The notes beneath the pieces are model-generated. The model made no database searches. It saw nothing but the letters and a program-made list of their open reading frames with translations, and was not told the DNA's origin. A stretch of 64,000 nt of DNA from Xylographa opegraphella. Its lineage: Eukaryota. A program made the translations under genes and the position numbers. Of this stretch, positions 1-11,073 are shown piece by piece; the first letter of the stretch is position 1; each line of letters opens with the position of its first letter. Location: assembly GCA_022813865.1 (NCBI GenBank), contig JALDZX010000001.1, forward strand, positions 1 to 64,000, given 5' to 3'.

Positions 1-225
1 ATAACATGAGTTGAACACGCCTTCCATACAAAGGAAATCCCCCACTCTATATAGAAGTCCTGTTCTGCGTGCTCAGTAGAACTGGCCTGCTCAGTTGACT
101 GAGCACCCTGCCCCTACTGATCACCTGTGCTCAGTGCCCTAGCCCTTCGCGCTAGACTGAGCACCCATCGCGCTAGGGTTCCTCCATGCCGAGCTCACCC
201 GGCTCTGGCCTGAACCTTAACACTG
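1..225. mobile_element. Probable terminus of a cut-and-paste DNA transposon/MITE (hAT-like), truncated by the window edge
   Basis: Clustered GTGCTCAGT/ACTGAGCAC motifs occur in both orientations (about 69-78, 88-106, 127-136, 156-165), resembling subterminal repeats. The block ends in ...GAACCTTAACACTG at 225, which reads CAGTGTTAAGGTTC on the minus strand, a hAT-style CAG-starting TIR. The other end is not in the window. Confidence 0.5.
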
Positions 226-792
226 CACAACAGCGTTCTAGGGAGGAATGTTTTAAAAATAGAACTACATTTCCAATAATTTGACAAAACTACGAGGACA
301 GAGTTTGAGATGCCTAAATAACGAATTCATTCCGGCACAGGTGGTTTTCCGCCACCCATGGAGGGACGTTATGTGATTCTCCCTTCAACAATGCCATGTG
401 AGCGATATTGGAGATTAGTAGTGCAGGGAGGGCTAGTATTAGGCATGCAGCACCCAAATCCGACGGACTATTTTCAGGCGTGGCAAGCATCCACCGTGTC
501 GAGGACTGCCTACAAAGACACAGGACCTGAATGTACGACATTACACAATGATCGAACCTCTACTTCTTCACAGGCACGAATTCATAGTGTGATCCATGGC
601 ATACATTCACAAGTCTTCATGATCTACCGCAGCAGCATAATTTCTCGTTCGTAGCTCATGCCTTTAGTGTGGTACAAGTACAAAGAACATCCCAATCCCA
701 GTCTAAGGGGGTATCGTAACGCTAAAGCGCAGCAGAAACAAAAAAACGCAGACCATCAGATCGTGATGCACGAATCATTATGAGCCGACCTA

Positions 793-3700
793 TTACCAAC
801 CATCCTCGATATCGGACAACCATCGTCGAACCCCTTCCCGCAACGTGCTATCCGGCATCTCCTTGGTTCGGCATCGCCGGTTCCCATCACCGTCCGTTTT
901 GTGTGCTTCGGATTGCTCGGCAACGACGCTTCTGACAACTTCCGCAAGAGCACCAAGTACCATGTTCTTGCATTCGCTATGCGGAAGCTCCAGTGTCGGC
1001 ATGTCCATCATTGAGGCTCGGGAGATACCATCGCGAACGCTACCAGCGCGGGATCCACCACGGACACTACCGCCACGTGATGGCGATGGAGCTCGAGAGG
1101 GAACACGAGATGAGTGACCACTCTGTGCGAGGACGCGCTCCACTGCATCAATGAGGGTAGGGTCCATGTCCATCACTTGCTCCTCCACGAAGATCTCTTC
1201 CCAACCGTGTGAAAACTCGTTTTCGGCGTTGATTTTAGTCGTCGTCACGTGCTCTCCCTTCAGACCTCGACCCTTATGAGCGGCGATACTTGACGCCAGA
1301 GGTCTACGACGTAAAGTTAGACGTCGAATAGAGAAGTTGGTAGTATCGGCGATGAGGGTACTGCAAGCATGCGTCCACTCATCGCTTACAGTAGCGCTTT
1401 GATCGAGGATATTCTCCACCTCAAGACGAGACTCAGCACGCATAGATTCTTTAATTTCTTGCTTCAAAGTGGCATAAGGGCGGACAGCCTGCAGCGTAAA
1501 ATCGGGATGATAGCTTTTAAGCCAGCCAGCAACGTCCACAGGAGGATCACATTTTGCATTTTGAGCTTTTGAAGCTGTGGGAAATCCATACGGCGGATCA
1601 TGCGTATGACAAAGGCCACTCAAGTTATTCTGAGCCCGTGAAGAGTTTAGGGACGACTCTAAGGAGGATGTAAATGAACGAGTCTGTGGCATTTCGATGT
1701 CGATATAGCCGTCATCTGCGTTAAACGACATCTTGAGAGGGTTGGCTGTGGGCATCGACTTCCTCAGGATGCTTCTCGCAGACGATACAGCTCCACGTAC
1801 TGAATCGGCCTCAGACTTCAAAACGTCATCGAGAACAATAGGCTTTGGTTGATTCTTCACCATCGCATCAACAAGACCAGACACTTTGCCCTTTGGACTA
1901 CTTGACACCTCTTCTGCCATTTGTGCGAGCTTATTGACAGCAGATGATTTCCGGCAACTATTAGTAGCCCTTGTATCTGTAGAAGCATCTTGAGACGATC
2001 CCAAAGCCTCGCTATCATCGGTTGATGAGCCACGCCGATTACTCCAGAATCCGCTGACGACACTACTCCACCGGCCTGCTGATCCGCTTGTACTCACGGC
2101 AGTGCTATCAGACCTCTGCAAGGTATGGTTCAGTGCTATGGATGCAAGGCTACCGCTGCTCCCAGGCCTTGCTCTACCAGTGTCGCCAGACGAAGGCTGA
2201 ATAGCAAGACTGGCAAAGTGAGGTACGGGAATAGCAGATTGTGCTATGGTAGATGTTGAAGCCTTCCTGGTTTCACTACCCGCCGGTGGTATCACAAGAT
2301 TCGCGTTTCTCAAAGATCTGGTATCGGACGTCCTTCTGTTAGAGTTTTCGCCAGGAAAGTAATCATAGTTCTCGCTCTCGCCACCAGATCCGAGAAGTGA
2401 AAAGCTAACAGATCTAGCATGGCTGCTTCGTGTCATCTCATTCTTTTTGTTATCGGATGCTCCATTGTTTATAGTCCGGCGAAGTGATCGATTCCGTGCT
2501 ACGGGAACAGCTGGGGGACTTTCGGAATATATCTTGGGCGGTTTCAGCATATAAGGTACCAAAAGGTTCATAGAAGGACGCGAAGTGGGCAGAAATGCAG
2601 CCAGTAGAAATATGAGCCTTCTTGCCGCCATCTTATCAGTGGAGACAATTACAGTGCGCTGGTTCAAGAGGCCATCAGGTCGTTCATGACTGTGCTGCTG
2701 AAAAGGCTGTCGTCGTTTCCGCCAGAAGGCACCAAATGATTCAAGCCACGACGTGTGATATCCTAAGAAAGCAGTGATGAGATTGAAGAAGAAGAAGTTT
2801 TGATCTCTTCCTCCAGCCCATCGTCCAACCCAACGAGCTTCTTCCCGCCAAGCACCCCAACGCCCTTGACCGGTCGCAACACGGCGGGTGCGAAGTGCTC
2901 CAACAATTCGTTGCCCAATCCTCTCGGCTTGGGTTTGTATATGACTACAGGACTGAAGACACTCTGGCTGGATATGAACGCTTTGCTGGGTCGGTTGCTT
3001 CACTTTTTTGAATTTCGTATTGGTCGACTTGATCGGGGGAGCTGATAGCAAAGGCGCTAATGGGATCGATTGTTCCAAAACGTTCAAGAGTCTGAGCTTG
3101 ACTTCGAGCTCAAATACCTCCAGCGCTTTGCTGATAATATTCCAGTGCGAAAGAAGTACAGATGTATGACCGTTCAATGACGACTCGACGTTCGAACTCA
3201 ATCCAGGGGCGCGCATGTCCATGTACCTTGAGAACATACTGGTTTCCGTGTTCCAGGATGCGCCAGGAGTAATTTCATTAAAGGAGGATCCCAGCGACGA
3301 CAAAGCATGTGGTGGTACGGGCGTCCTAAGACGAGCCGTCTGGGCCTCAGCAGGAAGTTGGATTATCACTGCCATTGCGTACATCGGTACCTTTTTCTGC
3401 TTTACGGGGGGTTTATTATGTGCCTCGGGTAAAACGCTATCATCCATCTGAGGATATCTAGATTCTTCAAGGCTTAGGCCATATTCGGGTTCTTCGGTGG
3501 CCGCATTTGCAGCGACTGGTGTTGCATCAGACAGTGGAACCGAAAAAAGTTTCGTTAACATTATAGACGATCTTGAATTGGATATGGCTCGTTGATCAGA
3601 GCCCTCGGTGCCCATAGAAGATTCGCGATTAATCTCCGCAGCACTGGTGGATCGCATCAGCGGGGTTCGCTGTCGGATAAAGCCACCAGATGACAATGGT

Positions 3701-4467
3701 CGAGCATTATGTATATTACTATCGACCAGGCCAGGCTCATCCGGTGCTTTCCTAGGTAATACATGGAGTTTTGTACCAGGTCCAATGCGAAAGCCAGGCG
3801 CACCAAACATGCAGCCGAGAAGGGCATCAACATCTTCCCTAGCCTCTCGAGCAAGACGCCCTTGTGTAGTTTCTGCGCCATTCGAAGGTAAGTCGAAAGT
3901 TGATTGTCGAATCCTGGATTCTACATGAAAGGTCCTATGTCGGGAGTCGGAAGAATGAGGGGATGTTGGTGAAGAAGGCAGAATCTGTGCACTCTGGAAG
4001 ATCGAGGAGCTGGGGGTATGATGGCGTCGAGGTGTTGCAGCATAGGGAGATCTGGCTTTCGTTTTACTGGAAGCTTGGCCCTGCTGATCGGCAGGCTCAT
4101 ATTCGTGGGGAGACAATCCAGTGCCGGTCGTGTGGGCCACTTGCGGCGGCCTTGAGTCGTACAACACCTGAGGATGATGATAACTAGAGTTGGCGTCCTG
4201 TGCAATAATGACACGGATATCTGCAGGATACTGGATATCTAGATGCCCCCGATCATCATAATCTGCTGCCTCACGGGCGTTTGCCGGCAATCGTGCGCCA
4301 TGAATGGTCAAGCTGTTCTGCTGACTGGATCGAAGTGCAGCTGCCTCTGGGAACAGCAGATCTCGTGTGTGTGCCTCCTCCGTGACCGATTCAAGGGGCG
4401 TTTGAGGTCGAGATGAATTGTGCTGACTGAAGGTGGAGGCTGCACTCTGGAAGAGTCGACCGAGCAT
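793..4467 (-). CDS. LST4: Folliculin-interacting protein (FNIP/Lst4-like), subunit of the Lst4-Lst7 (FNIP-FLCN) GAP for Gtr2/RagC
   Basis: Single-exon ORF of about 1224 aa; first ATG at 4467 (MLGRLF). FNIP_N/longin-like motifs DIRVIIAQD, LLGCMFG, GTKLHVLP; middle block WREEARW...FFFNLITAFLG..TSW and QRTVIVSTDKMAARRLIFLLAAFLP; C-terminal VAGWL..YHPDFTLQAV. Confidence 0.8.
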   Translation of the reverse strand: MLGRLFQSAASTFSQHNSSRPQTPLESVTEEAHTRDLLFPEAAALRSSQQNSLTIHGARLPANAREAADYDDRGHLDIQYPADIRVIIAQDANSSYHHPQVLYDSRPPQVAHTTGTGLSPHEYEPADQQGQASSKTKARSPYAATPRRHHTPSSSIFQSAQILPSSPTSPHSSDSRHRTFHVESRIRQSTFDLPSNGAETTQGRLAREAREDVDALLGCMFGAPGFRIGPGTKLHVLPRKAPDEPGLVDSNIHNARPLSSGGFIRQRTPLMRSTSAAEINRESSMGTEGSDQRAISNSRSSIMLTKLFSVPLSDATPVAANAATEEPEYGLSLEESRYPQMDDSVLPEAHNKPPVKQKKVPMYAMAVIIQLPAEAQTARLRTPVPPHALSSLGSSFNEITPGASWNTETSMFSRYMDMRAPGLSSNVESSLNGHTSVLLSHWNIISKALEVFELEVKLRLLNVLEQSIPLAPLLSAPPIKSTNTKFKKVKQPTQQSVHIQPECLQSCSHIQTQAERIGQRIVGALRTRRVATGQGRWGAWREEARWVGRWAGGRDQNFFFFNLITAFLGYHTSWLESFGAFWRKRRQPFQQHSHERPDGLLNQRTVIVSTDKMAARRLIFLLAAFLPTSRPSMNLLVPYMLKPPKIYSESPPAVPVARNRSLRRTINNGASDNKKNEMTRSSHARSVSFSLLGSGGESENYDYFPGENSNRRTSDTRSLRNANLVIPPAGSETRKASTSTIAQSAIPVPHFASLAIQPSSGDTGRARPGSSGSLASIALNHTLQRSDSTAVSTSGSAGRWSSVVSGFWSNRRGSSTDDSEALGSSQDASTDTRATNSCRKSSAVNKLAQMAEEVSSSPKGKVSGLVDAMVKNQPKPIVLDDVLKSEADSVRGAVSSARSILRKSMPTANPLKMSFNADDGYIDIEMPQTRSFTSSLESSLNSSRAQNNLSGLCHTHDPPYGFPTASKAQNAKCDPPVDVAGWLKSYHPDFTLQAVRPYATLKQEIKESMRAESRLEVENILDQSATVSDEWTHACSTLIADTTNFSIRRLTLRRRPLASSIAAHKGRGLKGEHVTTTKINAENEFSHGWEEIFVEEQVMDMDPTLIDAVERVLAQSGHSSRVPSRAPSPSRGGSVRGGSRAGSVRDGISRASMMDMPTLELPHSECKNMVLGALAEVVRSVVAEQSEAHKTDGDGNRRCRTKEMPDSTLREGVRRWLSDIEDGW

Positions 4468-4884
4468 CTTCAAGGGCTAAGGTGACTTTGCAGTAGGTGT
4501 CTATGTATCAGGAAAGAATTTCAGTCCGAACATGTTGTCGCCCACAGCGCAGGCCCGCCGTAGCCATTTTCCAAGCCTGATTTGAGGTGGCCAGCTTGGC
4601 TGTAGGCTCTTCCGTACGAACTCCGAGGAGCTCCGCAAATGACAGTGTTTGCGTTTCAGTTACCGTATCGAGTCCAAGAGAACAAAGCACCACTTATGGA
4701 TAACGAGGTAGATGTGATGACGAGGCCACCGTGAAGATTATTACTGTGGAACCGGGTTGGAATATAGCTAATTCTGCTTCTGCGGAAGGGCGGTGAAAGG
4801 ATCCGACATCTTCCCGCCAAGCTCCTGACGCGCTGCTGCGCACGCAGGCACTAGTACCAATATGGTATGCCGCCATCGATATAA

Positions 4885-4892
4885 GTCACGTG
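4885..4892. promoter_or_regulatory. GTCACGTG E-box (Cbf1/bHLH-zip, CLEAR-like) in the divergent LST4-IML1 intergenic region
   Basis: Exact GTCACGTG near the middle of the 752-bp spacer between the two start codons. Confidence 0.5.
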
Positions 4893-5219
4893 CGCCGATG
4901 CCGGAGCCCGAGAATCTCCGTAGTGGCATCGAGCTACAATGCAGCTATTCAGAAGGTAAGTAAAGTATCAATGGATCTACCATAGGTAAGGACGATCATC
5001 TCTAACAGAGAAGCGCTTTAGGCTAGACCGGCAAGAAACACATTGCTATGCGGCGAGCGCCTGGTGATATCGATCAAGACACTACCGTTGAAACGATATG
5101 TACTACAATGTGCAAGCTTCATTTCTCTAATGCCTTGAGTGAGCTTCATTTGATCGATTTCTGGGAGCATGCTCCACCGACAGGGTAGTAGATGGTATGA
5201 AAGGGATTAGACGACCAGA

Positions 5220-8200
5220 ATGTCCGCTCAAACGTTACCATTCACGTCGAGCGGTGCCTTGCCCATACCACCACGAGAGGGTCTTCCAGGCTTTCAGTTA
5301 CGCTATGCAGGTTCTGAAAGTAACTCAAGAGCCTTTATCAAAGCAGATGGAAACCTATCAAACGAGTCTGTGACCAGCAATCCTGCAACTCTTCAGGATA
5401 CCCAACACCCTCCGATCAGTCTAGTCTGTATCCTGGGAATCCATGACGATGGTTTTTCCACAGATGATATTCTGCTGAACGCGTCACTTTTCCCTTCTGG
5501 TAGTTTACCTCTTGGTACGCCTATGCAGTTGCGTGCATTGGAGGCAGAGTCGCCCAACAGAAGCTTCAAGCAAAATGGAACCAATGATGTGAGACGCAGG
5601 CGGCCTTCTGGTAAGACTCGTGTGTCACCGTCAATACTAATCGAAAATAATGTTGGCATAGCAAGGACTCATATGAAAGGACCGCAGGAGGTTTTTTATG
5701 TCTTCAAAGCCAGGGATACAAGCTCCGAGACCACGTCTAAGCACCCTAACCTCGAGGTCCATTTTGCATTGGGAACTCTACGATACAGGCGCTAATATTT
5801 TGTCAGGTCTCTGTGTCTCAACAGATAGCTACTGCTCTTAATTTCAAGCATCGCAATCAAGTCGTGCTGACCAAGGTGAGTATTTCCAGCATTCAGGACG
5901 AATGGCTTCTAATATTGCCAATATATAAGGTCAATGAGCAAGATTTCCTGGCTTCACATGTAGAAATTACTTTTCGTGATGCATATCTCACTCGTGCAGA
6001 TATGTGGCGGCTAGTGGTTTCCGAATTGGCCAATCAATCAATGTACAAGGGCCAAAAGCTCATATTCATGGGTACCATCAAGGCACAGGTCAAGACTATT
6101 TACATGAATGGACACAAAGTACAATCAGCATTCTTCGGTGCATCGACAAAGCCTATATTCCGTAGCGAGTCGGCTCGTTATGTACTTTTTATTCAGATGT
6201 CGAAGGAGATGTGGGATTTCGATACCGATGGCACAGGCGAAATCATGTTTCATAAAGTGATCAACGGATTTCTGCCAGATCTCTTCAAGCGATGGGAAAG
6301 TATCGGTGCCCACCATCTCGTCAGCATTATCCTTTTTACACGCTTGGAATACGATAAGCGCTTGGCACCACGCTTCGCTGAAGCTATAATACATGAGAAT
6401 GAGAATGAGCTGCACTTTAAAACCAATAACCTAGCTTTCCAGGATTTTTACCGTGTACTCGTGAGCGATATGGCTTCAGGCCAGTGGAGCAACATCCTAA
6501 CACAGTTGAAGAAAGAGTTCAAGGTCTTCCTGCGGGATGTGTCAATCCGAACCGCATCGTCCGCGGAGAAGTCCTCTCTAGGTCAGGACAGCGTTCCGAA
6601 AGGGGCTCAGGATATTATCGCTGGGAGACCCACGGCAGCTACGCAAGGCAATATCCTCGAAGCCATAAGTCTTGCCTCCTCGCAGTTTTCATATGATTAC
6701 ATTGATCGTGATTTGGTTCGAACCGGACTATCAATTGTGGTAATCTCGCCTGGCACTGGAATTTTTGAGGTCGACCATGATATGCTAACCACGACCACAA
6801 ATGCCCTGATAGAAAATGGAGTTGGGATCGACCTGGTTTGTCTATCACCAATACCTCTGCATTCTGTGCCTTTATTCAAATATGTGGTTCAAGAAGAAGC
6901 TGAGCGGAATAAGGACATGATTATATGCGAACAGCATCCCGTTCGGCGGTTAGTAAGGTCATGGGGCACCTCTCACGGAGTTTCAGCCATACAACTCGGC
7001 CCCTCTGAGGAGAGCATTCAGCATGAGTCTAAGTTGAAAAGCGGAGCAACGTTACCACAGTGGCACTACGCTATCCCGCATTGGATAGACATCTCTTTTT
7101 GGAATTCACAATCTACTCATGAGAGGAGTAGTCGAGAGGTCAGAGATTCCTCGCAACAAAAGAACCTAGAAATTTTCGAATCCAAGTCTTTCGTGCCTAG
7201 AGTTAGAATGTACGAAGTACAGATGATGGGAATCATGGAAAACGAAATGGGCGATATCTCTATACCACATCTCAGTCCCTTTCTGAGCCTTCCTAGAGCT
7301 TCAAAATGGAATGCAACGAGAGCCCAAACCGATTCTCAGAGTTCTTTCAGCACCGCTTCCACAAAGCGAAGTTCACAGGGCTTCAGAACTCAGTTTTCCA
7401 GATCTGAAAGCGTCTCCTCATCTGTGTCCGCAGCCAGATCACCTAGCTTTGAAGCACCAGCAAGCACTCATGAGGATATCTTTCAATGGATGGATCATTA
7501 TGATGAGCACGTATTCAGTCACCCATATGCGTACAAGAGAACTGAGGGACAGCGGGAGACGGCTTCATTTTACTCAGTGAATACGAATAGAGGACGGCCT
7601 CAAAACATAAAATCTGGTTCTCTGACATCGAGCATATTGCCCAAAAATTTATCTAATGCGGATGAAGGCCGAGTTGGGAAGAGAGCTCAATTGCAAGTAC
7701 CAAGACCCAGTCTCGATGGTCACGGTATAAGAGCGCCAGAGTCTACCGGTAACTTCAATAAACCACACAAGCGTACGAACCTTTCTCGTCAAATCAGCTT
7801 CGGTCTCCGTGGATTTGGAGGCCCGGCACCCAAAGCTATCCCGGTCACTGAGATCTCTTCTACAAATGCTCAGTCCGGTTCTCTCCTTGGTCGTGAACTG
7901 CGACAACAGCAGTCCTCCCCCAGAGATAAAGATCCCTCACTTGTAGATAGCGATGGTGGCGATAACATATTGACAAGCTCAACCTCTGCAGATCCAAACA
8001 ACAAGTTGACACAACCACAATCTTCTGACCCTAAAGACACGGCCAAGCCTATTGTCATCAAATTACAACGAGATCCACGAATTGCACCGAGATCAATTGT
8101 GACACTGGAGGAGAATCATATCCCTGTGGGTTCGGTCACCGATGATAACGCGTCTGGGGAAGAAGCTCATAAGGCCAATTCTCGGCATGATGGTGGGCAA

Positions 8201-10711
8201 TTTATATCAAGTGCTACAGCGCCATGGTTAACAGTTCTGAATCCTTCGAATCCTCGGCGTACGTTGGAAGATTCTGCGAATCGCCTTGGTAGATGGCATC
8301 ATGTCTTTCCGCGATCAATGCGGGCATCGAATATCAAGTGGAAGTCTTTGTGCTCGCCAGCAGCCGTGCCCTTAACGACGGAAGATTTCCCAAGCGAGGA
8401 ACTGCTGAAGACTGAATATACCTCAATGGAATACCAAGTGTCAGCTCCTACAGACAACGAACTTTTCGAAGATAAGTCACCCAATGAGTGGCTGTCGAGG
8501 GATCTTATCAGTTCTCGTTTCTCCCACGGGTTTCAGATGGTGGTTGGACCACGAGTACGTGCAGTGACAGGTGATAGCTCGACCATGGATACCTTATTGT
8601 TCGTAAACACTGATGTCGGGAGCAACGGTAATATATTTTACATGTCTAAAGGAAGTGTAATTCACAAATTATCCGTCGTGGACGAAGGTGTTATTGTTAA
8701 GGAATATGCTCGCGGAGCAACCAACGGTCTAGGCCATGGAATTCAAGAATGCAAGCCTATACCATACGCCCCAGCTGTACGAACGACGCTAAGTGACCAC
8801 TATAATGTACGCAAATTTGTCATATCGACTTCACTGGAAAGGTACGACTGGAAAAGACTCGATACTTTCATAGCGGGCCATGAAGAACAACAGCTTAAAC
8901 GATACCCCGATTCGCTTCAATTTTGGCGTGCCCGGTTCGTTCTTATTCCGAAAGAGCGTCCTATTGCGAACAAAAAGATACCGTATCTATCAAACGAAGA
9001 CAATGCGGAAGAGATCAGACTAGAAGGAATCCGCAAACTCACGCAACTTTGGCAAAGGAGCAGATATATTCCTCCAGATGAGCGTCGCTTTCAAGCATCA
9101 TCCCGCCGGCGCAAAGATCTCAATCCTTTGGATATCATCTACCAGACTAGGAATCCTTCTGCAATCGTAACTGCCGAGCTCAATGGAACTCTGCTGTCGG
9201 AAGGGGATGGCACGGACTCAAAGCCCGCTCAACTTTTGCCGGAGAGCGAGCTTTTTGAACGGACAAATCTTAACCTTGCATCGATTGCCAATGCGATACA
9301 AGGCGATCACGGTGTCACGATGATGGATCGTCGTTGGCATTGGAGGCTGCATTACAACTGTTTTATTGGTATGGAGTTGACAACATGGATATTGAACACA
9401 TTTCGGGATGTCGACACACGGGAAGAAGCCGTAACACTCGGTAACGAATTGATGAAAGAAGGCCTATTCCAGCACGTAGAGCGGCGACACGCTCTTCGCG
9501 ACGGAAATTTCTTCTACCAAATTTGTAGTGAGTATCGGGTACCACGGCCTGATTCCAGGAGCAGCTGGTTCGGAAGCAGGCGGTCTGACCGGTCTGTTCC
9601 CTCGACGCCGATTACAGAAGTAATAAAGAGCAGTCCTATTGGGATTAGATCACGCGCAAATTCTATCACCGGAGGCAGTTCTGATGGAGACTCATCGACA
9701 CCGACGAGAAAGCAGACATTGGGTGTGGCCCTTTCGAAACGCTTGATCTACGACGTTGACCCACGAAAACGATCGTATCGACGCGAAGTAATCACACTAC
9801 ACTATGACCGAATAGCTTCCGCAGATGACTGCTATCATTTACGAATAGATTGGATGAGTGCCACTCCGAAACTTATAGAGGATACAATAGTTCAGTGGGC
9901 TACGTTGGCCGAGCGGAATGGATTACGTCTAGTAGAATTGCCTATCGGCGAAGCGTCGAGGATCAACGATTTGCATCCTTTTCGATCTCCTTACATGGTC
10001 AAACTCATCAAGAGTCCTCCAAACATACAGCCTCAAACATACTTTGATGCTGTATCTCTCGGCCCCAGGGCTGTCACCAGTTGGCCGTACCACAAAGCTA
10101 TATTGAAGAAGTTCAACTTTGTGCTGGATCTTGAAGCAGCAAAAGACTTTCCGCCTACAGTAGACGTCACGTACTCATGGGGCAAGCCCGACTACCAATA
10201 CCCGCAGTACATCTCGCGGGATGGGATCGTGCTCGCTCAGATCACCGACGAAGGCGACTTCCTCTTGCTGGCTAATCGGCTATACACCAAACGCAGTGCG
10301 ACCATGAAAGAGACCGGGAGACTACTGCCAAACGGCCCCGACGAGCTGAACTACACCCCACAGCGGATGCCAGCCCGAGGCATTGACTCGCCATCTGCCT
10401 CCCCTGCAATGCGGGCAACACCAGACGTTGGCTGCGTGGTCACCAGTGGCGAGATTGTAACACCGGAAACGGTAGCGTACGAGCTGGAGGCATTCTGCCA
10501 AGATGTCAAAGTATTGGAGGCTTTCTACGAGGAGGTATTGCAGAAAAAAGCGGCCTCCGGTCCTGCGACACCGCTTATGGAAAGTACTACATCAGGACTG
10601 GCAGCGCCCCCGGCATTTACTCTTCGAGATGTATCTCCGGCGGCAAGGCTTGAAACGATTGCTGAGCGACGCAAATTCCGAGCGGAAAAGGGTACATCTG
10701 AGACTGCGTAA
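5220..10711 (+). CDS. IML1: Vacuolar membrane-associated protein Iml1 (DEPDC5 ortholog; SEACIT/GATOR1 subunit)
   Basis: Exons 5220-5756, 5807-5875, 5930-10711; introns 5757-5806 and 5876-5929 are frame-consistent. Motifs FRSESAR..LFIQMSKEMWDFD, GNILEAI, RDLVRTG, PLHSVPLFKY, WKSLCSPAAVPLTT; DEP domain DRRWHWRLHYNCFIG...HVERRHALRDGNFFY. Confidence 0.96.
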
Positions 10712-11073
10712 CCACAGCGGTAGATGGTTAGCTGAGACCATCACGAGAAAAGCTGCAGGAAGAGGCAGCGCGAAAAGGCATGTCAATTTGGGTTGGATTG
10801 ATGATCGTCTAGGGACTGAAAGTGGAAGCAATGGCGAAATTGCGGTAGTGGTGTTGAATCACGGCGGGAAGGGCGCAAGCAGCACAATTCTTATTGGAGA
10901 GGCATTGCATAATATGGTGACCGAGCACCATATCTTCTATGGTTGAGAACCTATTATGTGATCCGCTAGCTTGGAAAGATACACAATCGCTACTTGCTGA
11001 CGCTCTCCTTGACCCACAGCCACCCAGAATTTAATCACTATATCCCATACTTAAGACTATCCTTACGTCAAGT

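Noticed and set aside
60..170. Short repeats as a CRISPR array
   Set aside because: Repeats are about 9 bp, in both orientations and irregularly spaced, in a eukaryotic context.
4894..4904. GCCGATGCCGG shared with the 32885-32895 hairpin arm
   Set aside because: An 11-mer match between two sites in 64 kb is expected by chance.
5005..5013. ACAGAGAAG resembling the U6 ACAGAGA box
   Set aside because: Not followed by the conserved U6 ATTAGCATGG; it lies within a candidate intron.
4956..5021. AG|GT junction at 4985/4986 suggesting a twin or recursive intron
   Set aside because: The parts would be 30 and 36 nt, shorter than any intron here, and the first lacks a clear branch site.
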